Source: a bacterium
Lineage (GTDB): Bacteria > UBA9089 > CG2-30-40-21 > SBAY01
Length of the DNA: 64,000 bases
Assembly: GCA_040757115.1 (NCBI GenBank)
Contig: JBFLYA010000001.1
Location: 6,526 to 70,525, forward strand
Reading direction: 5' to 3'
The position numbers and the translations under genes were made by a program. Of the stretch, positions 60,001-64,000 are shown piece after piece. Numbering within the stretch: position 1 is the stretch's first letter; the number at the start of each line of letters is the position of its first letter. The notes below the pieces were generated by a model. That model did no database searches and was not told the origin of the DNA. It saw only the letters and a list, made by a program, of their open reading frames with translations.

Positions 60001-63000
60001 CTGGTGGTGCCATAAGGTTGGGTATCGATGGTAAATGTCGTAGTCCATGAACCCCGGGCATAGGTTGAGGTAAATTGAATAGTAGGTGTTGTCCCAAACT
60101 CTATCCGAATCGTCCGACTTGCCCCATAACCATTACCACGAATAGTGATGATTGTTCCAACTGTGCCTTGTGTAGGTGTAATCACGATAATATTTGGCAG
60201 AATAGTTACAGTGCCCGCAGAGTTAATTATCTCTGTCCCTGTTCCTTTTCCGTAGGCAGTAAAGGTAGTAATACCATATTGTTGGGTATCTATGGTAAAT
60301 GTAGTGGTGAAACTACCCTGTGCTACAGATGTAACCGTCTGAATTGTCCGACTGGTCCCAAAATCTATACGAATGCTATCCGTAGCAGAATAACCATTCC
60401 CGCTAATGGTAATCACCGTTCCTACCGAACCTTGAGTTGGAAAGATGTAAATAATATTAGGTGTGATAGTAAATGACCTGTCAAAAGCTGATTCACCAGG
60501 AATACCTCTATCTCTACCAGTGATAGTAGTCGAGCCATAAGGTTGTGTAGTGATAGTAAAGAAAGTGGTAAATGAACCATGATGATAGGTAGAGGTAATA
60601 ATTAGTGAAGGTGTAGTGCCAAAATCTATCTGAACCAGGTTGGTGGCACTATAGCCATTACCTCTAACCGTAACCAATGAACCAACACTCCCTGCCCTCG
60701 GTGTAACCAGAATAATATTTGGCTTAATGAAGAAGGTTTGAGTATATGACCCACCACTATCTATCCCGGTAGAGATAACCGTAGTTGAACCTGCTGGCTG
60801 GGTATCGATAGTAAAGGTAGTAGTAAATGAACCGGTGTAATCAGCCGTAGTTACTGCGATAGTAAATGTCCTGCCAAAACTCACCCGAATAGTCTCACTT
60901 GCCTTGTATCCCTGTCCATTGACTGTCACCTCTTTTCCTACCGTGCCAAAAGTAGGTGTAATGGTTAATCTGCTGGTAATAGTAAATGTAGCTGAAGCAT
61001 CTGGCCAGGTAAAATAGGTTCTAAGTTTATGGCCCATTGCCTTGATTGTAGTTATACCTACTGGCTGAATATTTACGGTAAACTGAGTAGTAAATGTCCC
61101 ATCCTCTGTTGTAGTTATTCCCGTAGTAATACTATGGGTCGTGCCAAAATCCAGCTTAATTGTTTCGGTTGCCCCATATCCCGCACCCTCTACCGTCACT
61201 ACCGTGCCTACAGAACCTGATAAGGGTGTAGTGACTAATAAACGAGGGATGATGATGAATGTGCTTGTGGCCCTAATATCAGATATTCCTATTGAATAAA
61301 CGACTACAGCAGTAGTTCCCGCCTGTTGTTGATCCACAGAAGGTATCGGTTGAATGTATGACTCACCATCTAAAGGTGCCTTGCCTCCATAGACTCCAAT
61401 CTTTTTCCCAAAATCATAACGAAGATCATCATTTCGGAAATAACCATCATAATAAATTGTAATGTTAGTTCCAACAGTTCCTATTGAAGGTGACACTTCT
61501 CTAATCCTCTGGATTATCTTAAAATCACTCTGGAGACTTCTACCACTTTGGACACCAGATACAGTAATCGTTGTGCTTCCGTAAGGTTGGGTATCTACAG
61601 TAAAGGTAGTAGCAAATGTCCCAAATCTATTAGAGGTGACTGTGGTAATCGTCCCCTTAATCCCAAATGCTACCTCTATCTTCTCTGATGCCCCATAGCC
61701 ATTTCCTTGCACGGTCACAATCGTGCTTACCGTCCCAGTAACCGGTGAAACTAAAGTAAGTTTCTCTGTAATCACAAAAGTCCAGGTGCCGTGTCCCTCC
61801 CCCGTTTCCCAGTCACCATACCACGGATAGGAATTGAGCCCAATACCAACAATAGTCGTTGTTCCATAAGGTTGTTCATTTACCGTCCAACTCACTGTAA
61901 ATGTCCCATCTGATGATGGAGTAGTGATTGTAATTGTTCCCGTAGTCCCAAATAATATATGCACCTGTTCATTACTCCCATAACCATTTGCCGTAATAGT
62001 AACCTTAGAACTAACGGTTCCCTCAGGAGGAGCGACATTAGTAATCTTTGGCATAATCACATATAAGAACTTCTCCGATTGACGACCAGAACCCTGACCT
62101 ATAACTACAATAGTTTTGGTCCCAAAACATTGTATATTAACATCAAAAGCAACTGTAAATGAGCCGGAAGAAGTAGCCGTAGCCCCAGTTGGATATAATT
62201 GTGCTCCAACAAATTCTGAAATACCAAATTTAACCTTTAGCGATTCTCCTCCTTGATATCCATCACCATATAATGTAACTCTACTTCCAACTGTTCCTGA
62301 GGAAGGCGTAACCTCAAAGATGCGAGGTAAGACATAAAATGTTGCCGTAGAAAAGACACCAGAAACTAAATCTATTGCCCATATAGTTGTCGTTCCTGGC
62401 TGGGTATCTACAGTAAAGGTAATCGTAATTGAACCAGAAGAAAGGGCGGTTACCGTGGTAATCGTCTCTGTTGTCCCAAACTTTATCTGCACAAGCGAAC
62501 TACCACTATAACCATTCCCATAAACGGTTACAATCGTCCCTACTGTGCCTTGGGTAGGGGTAATAGAAACGATATTAGGCAAGATAAAGAAAGAAGATGT
62601 AGCCGGATAATCAGAAATAAGCCCTCGGGCAATAATCGTGGTTGAACCATCGGATTGGGTATCTACCGTAAAGGTAATAGTAAATGTGCCACCATGATAT
62701 GTTTCTGGATTTCTTGAGCTAGATGTTACTAAAGTAATAGTAATAACAGCACCGAATTGAATCCTTATCATTTCCCCTATCCAAAAACCGTTACCACGGA
62801 TAGATACAATACTACCAACTGTCCCTTGCATAGGTGTAGTTGAAATAATCTTAGGTAATACAAAAAATCCCCTTGTATTTCTAGCAACCACAGGACTAAC
62901 ATCTCTCATAATAATAGTTTTTGTCCCATATGGCCGCTCATCTATCGTAATAACTGTAGTAAAAGAACCATTTGAAGGTGAAGGATTTATTTGTATCATA

Positions 63001-64000
63001 TACTCATTTTCATCGATTTCAATAACTACCTCCTCATTAGGATACCCTGTGCCACTGATAGTTATATTTGTTCCTACCGTTCCTCTTGTCGGCGTAAATA
63101 AGGTTATTTGCGATTTTATCATAAATGTATTAGGCGAGGTTCGAGTTGCAACCGCACCTGTATCAGACCCATAGGCCACAATATCCGTATATCCATACTT
63201 TTGCGTATCCACTGTAAATGTAGTTGTCCATGAACCGTAGTATCCAGGGCTTGTAGGGTCAGTAGAAACTAAAGTAATCGTCGCATTAGTCCCGAATTTA
63301 ATCCTGACTAATTCATTTTGACCATAACCATTACCCCTTACCGTAACAACACTCCCCACCACTCCTTCTGTTGGCGTAACTAAAATAATATTTGCCGTTA
63401 TACAAAAAGTGCCTTCCTCAGATAGATAAGGAGAACTATGCAACGCTTTAATAGTCTTTATTCCATAAAATTGGGTATTTACTGTAAAAGTAATTGTAAA
63501 TGAACCATAGTCAGTACTTGAACCTGTGGTAATCCCTTGCATTCCTCCCTGAGCTGGGTCACCAAAGTCAATTCTCACCGTATCACTTGCCCGATACCCA
63601 TCACCTCTTACCGTAACAATAGTCCCCACTGAACCTGAGGTAGGAGTAACAAATACAACCCTCTGTCTTATACTAAATGTCCCCCTGGCAGAAATATTAT
63701 AATTTTTATCCGTATATGGGTATCCCTGGCTCTTCCATACCGCAGTTATAGAGGTTATCCCGTAAGGTTGTGTATCAACTTCAAATACTAATCTTATTAA
63801 ACCCTTATTATAGTCTGATGACATACTCCTGATATGCCATTCCCACTCGTCATCAGCCCATGATGGAGATGATGCTCCTGCTGCCCCTTGCACTGTTCCA
63901 AAATCTATCGCTATATACCCCGTAGATGGATAGCCTGTTCCTTCTACCGTTACTGAAGTCCCTACCGTCCCCGTAGTAGGTGAAACAAGAATAATATTAG
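1..64000 (-). CDS. Internal segment of one giant ORF, partial at both ends, encoding at least ~21,300 aa of tandem Ig-like (IPT/TIG-like) ~83-aa domains; probably a giant extracellular fibrillar or adhesin-type protein
   Basis: The reverse-complement frame (plus-strand codons starting at positions divisible by 3) was checked by hand at positions 243, 1560, 7608, 8367, 9420, 11040, 15027, 20226, 33909, 43350, 47433, 49824, 52179, 55599, 60018 and 63201 and is always the same. Translations made by hand at four locations are all coherent repeat-domain sequence. At 7591-7870: INTQPYGWTTVRACGGTITYEVKFRIEPKIIFISPTEGTIGTIITLRGNGYRASETVQIDFGTTRSIQFVSAYAEGSFTTTFTIDTQPYGITT. At 59995-60250: AGTVTILPNIIVITPTQGTVGTIITIRGNGYGASRTIRIEFGTTPTIQFTSTYARGSWTTTFTIDTQPYGTTSV. 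At 1560-1760: KIVLVTPNRGSVGCIVTVVGNGHWKENEEVKLFFGIFDHAYQSPYSNYIVKTNCSNFGTYA. At 20470-20650: ILPAIWKVELSEGTVGSVVTITANGYPKEGLVWIGFGTTPTIQTVSANVNGTFSVSFTINTQ. The ORF track has no long minus-strand ORF, and all 14 short minus-strand ORFs share one off-frame (codon start position leaves remainder 2 on division by 3). Unit lengths and indels between paralogous copies are multiples of 3. Amino-acid conservation exceeds nucleotide conservation between paralogous copies. Confidence 0.88.
7100..12650 (-). repeat. Copy A of a ~5.6-kb tandem segmental duplication (higher-order module of ~22 Ig-like units)
   Basis: Aligned by eye to 12700-18280 at a constant offset of ~5605-5620 nt. Matching points are 7290/12895, 8881/14498, 9301/14921 and 11821/17431. 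The core 8.9-11.8k versus 14.5-17.4k is roughly 80-90% identical at nucleotide level; the flanks are more diverged. Confidence 0.8.
12700..18280 (-). repeat. Copy B of the ~5.6-kb tandem segmental duplication
   Basis: See copy A. Relative to copy A near 12320, copy B carries an in-frame insertion of about 11-12 codons near 17930-17990. Confidence 0.8.
12950..14300 (-). repeat. Homogenised array of near-identical ~250-nt (83-aa) Ig-like units
   Basis: Units start at about 12958, 13211, 13465, 13717, 13975 and 14235. They share long identical strings such as ggttgggtatcaatggtaaaggtagtagtgaagctaccttcggcataagttgagg. Confidence 0.75.
20403..27652 (-). repeat. Higher-order module (~7.25 kb, ~29 Ig-like units) bounded by a recurring marker domain
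   Basis: A marker domain starting tttggcagtatcttgtaggt at 20403 recurs at 27653. The internal order of diverged units is collinear with the next module, for example 21970-23100 with 29220-30350, 20650-21300 with 27900-28560, and 20221-20400 with 27481-27650. Confidence 0.7.
25430..27250 (-). repeat. Homogenised array of near-identical ~250-nt Ig-like units
   Basis: Units start at about 25447, 25687, 25935, 26200, 26445, 26697 and 26957. All carry ...ccataaggttg(g/c)gtatc.at.gtaaaggt.gt.gt.aa... followed by gcataagttgagg. Confidence 0.75.
27653..34862 (-). repeat. Higher-order module (~7.2 kb) paralogous to 20403-27652
   Basis: The same marker domain recurs at 27653 and 34863, with a collinear series of unit types between. 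The LRGGGY-type unit at 27065 matches the one at 34275. Confidence 0.7.
32650..34100 (-). repeat. Homogenised array of near-identical ~250-nt Ig-like units
   Basis: Units start at about 32665, 32915, 33165, 33415, 33660 and 33905, with the same core motif as the 25.4-27.25k array. Confidence 0.75.
34863..40397 (-). repeat. Higher-order module (~5.5 kb)
   Basis: Marker domain at 34863 and 40398. The stretch 36181-36700 aligns to 41690-42230 at an offset of ~5510, roughly 80% identical by eye. Confidence 0.7.
40398..45811 (-). repeat. Higher-order module (~5.4 kb) paralogous to 34863-40397
   Basis: Marker domain at 40398 and 45812. The stretch 39200-40700 aligns to 44700-46100 at roughly 85% identity, with a 27-nt in-frame length difference at 39480-39540. 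Confidence 0.7.
57190..60560 (-). repeat. Longest homogenised array (~13-14 near-identical ~255-nt Ig-like units)
   Basis: Units start at about 57200, 57465, 57715, 57975, 58235, 58490, 58755, 59255, 59505, 59765, 60020 and 60285. Each encodes a close variant of the sequence hand-translated at 59995-60250 (...PNIIxITPxxGTVGTIITIRGNGYxASxTIRIEFGTTPTIQFTSTYAxGSWTTTFTIDTQPYGTT...). Confidence 0.8.

Noticed and set aside
1-64000. CRISPR array or non-coding satellite or tandem repeat
   Set aside because: The repeats are about 250 nt with no repeat-spacer architecture. They are read in one continuous frame and length variation is always a multiple of 3. Protein-level conservation exceeds DNA-level conservation. 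This is coding domain repetition, not CRISPR or satellite DNA.
1-64000. Several adjacent genes or an operon of repeat proteins on the minus strand
   Set aside because: No in-frame stops or intergenic gaps could be found, and the frame is identical at 16 checkpoints spread over the window. The ORF track shows no stop-bounded minus ORF in that frame. Under the assumption that it omits ORFs open at the window edges, this allows at most one in-frame stop.
1-64000. Eukaryotic TIG-repeat gene (fibrocystin- or plexin-like) with introns
   Set aside because: About 64 kb of uninterrupted single-frame coding with no intron-like breaks is a prokaryotic (or possibly viral) gene architecture. The repeat lacks the conserved Cys pairs typical of eukaryotic extracellular TIG domains.
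1-64000. tRNA, rRNA, ncRNA genes, promoters, terminators, IS elements or transposases
   Set aside because: The whole window is occupied by coding repeats in a single frame. No non-coding interval, transposase-like ORF or structured-RNA candidate was seen. I cannot exclude a small antisense RNA without computation.

Overview
The whole 64-kb window lies inside one giant open reading frame on the minus strand (reverse complement). The protein's N-terminal side is at high coordinates and its C-terminal side at low coordinates, and the gene is open at both window edges. In the coding frame, plus-strand codon positions begin at coordinates divisible by 3. I checked that frame by hand at 16 points from position 243 to 63201 and it never shifts. 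The supplied ORF track shows no sizeable minus-strand ORF, and all 14 short minus-strand ORFs in it sit in one and the same other frame. If the track omits ORFs that run off the window edges, that is what a single uninterrupted ORF would give, with at most one in-frame stop possible. The gene therefore encodes at least about 21,300 codons within the window and its true length is unknown.

The product is a threonine-, glycine-, isoleucine- and valine-rich, cysteine-poor array of roughly 250 tandem units. Each unit is about 83 residues (about 246-258 nt). The units match an Ig-like all-beta domain, most consistent with the IPT/TIG class. Recurrent hallmarks are P-x-I-x-x-I-T/S-P-T-x-G-T-V-G-T-x-I/V-T-I/L-x-G-N-G-Y/F, then x-A-x-E-x-V-x-I-D-F-G-T-T, then G-S-F-T-T-T-F-T-I/V-D-T-Q-P-Y-G-T-T-T.

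The units are organised into higher-order modules of about 5.4-7.3 kb, roughly 22-29 domains each. Marker domains recur near 3.4k(?), 9.04k, 14.66k, 20.40k, 27.65k, 34.86k, 40.40k and 45.81k. There is a fairly recent tandem segmental duplication of about 5.6 kb (7.1-12.65k versus 12.7-18.3k, by eye roughly 80-90% identical in its core). There are also blocks of nearly identical tandem units (12.95-14.3k, 25.4-27.25k, 32.65-34.1k, 57.2-60.56k) that look like concerted evolution. Length differences between paralogous copies are all multiples of 3.

I found no RNA genes, CRISPR array, mobile elements or intergenic regulatory DNA. Every ORF in the supplied six-frame track is an antisense or off-frame shadow of the giant gene. 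The biology worth following up is the giant gene itself: a micrometre-scale fibrillar surface or adhesin-type protein like the largest bacterial genes known, whose ends, secretion signals and anchoring module lie outside this window.
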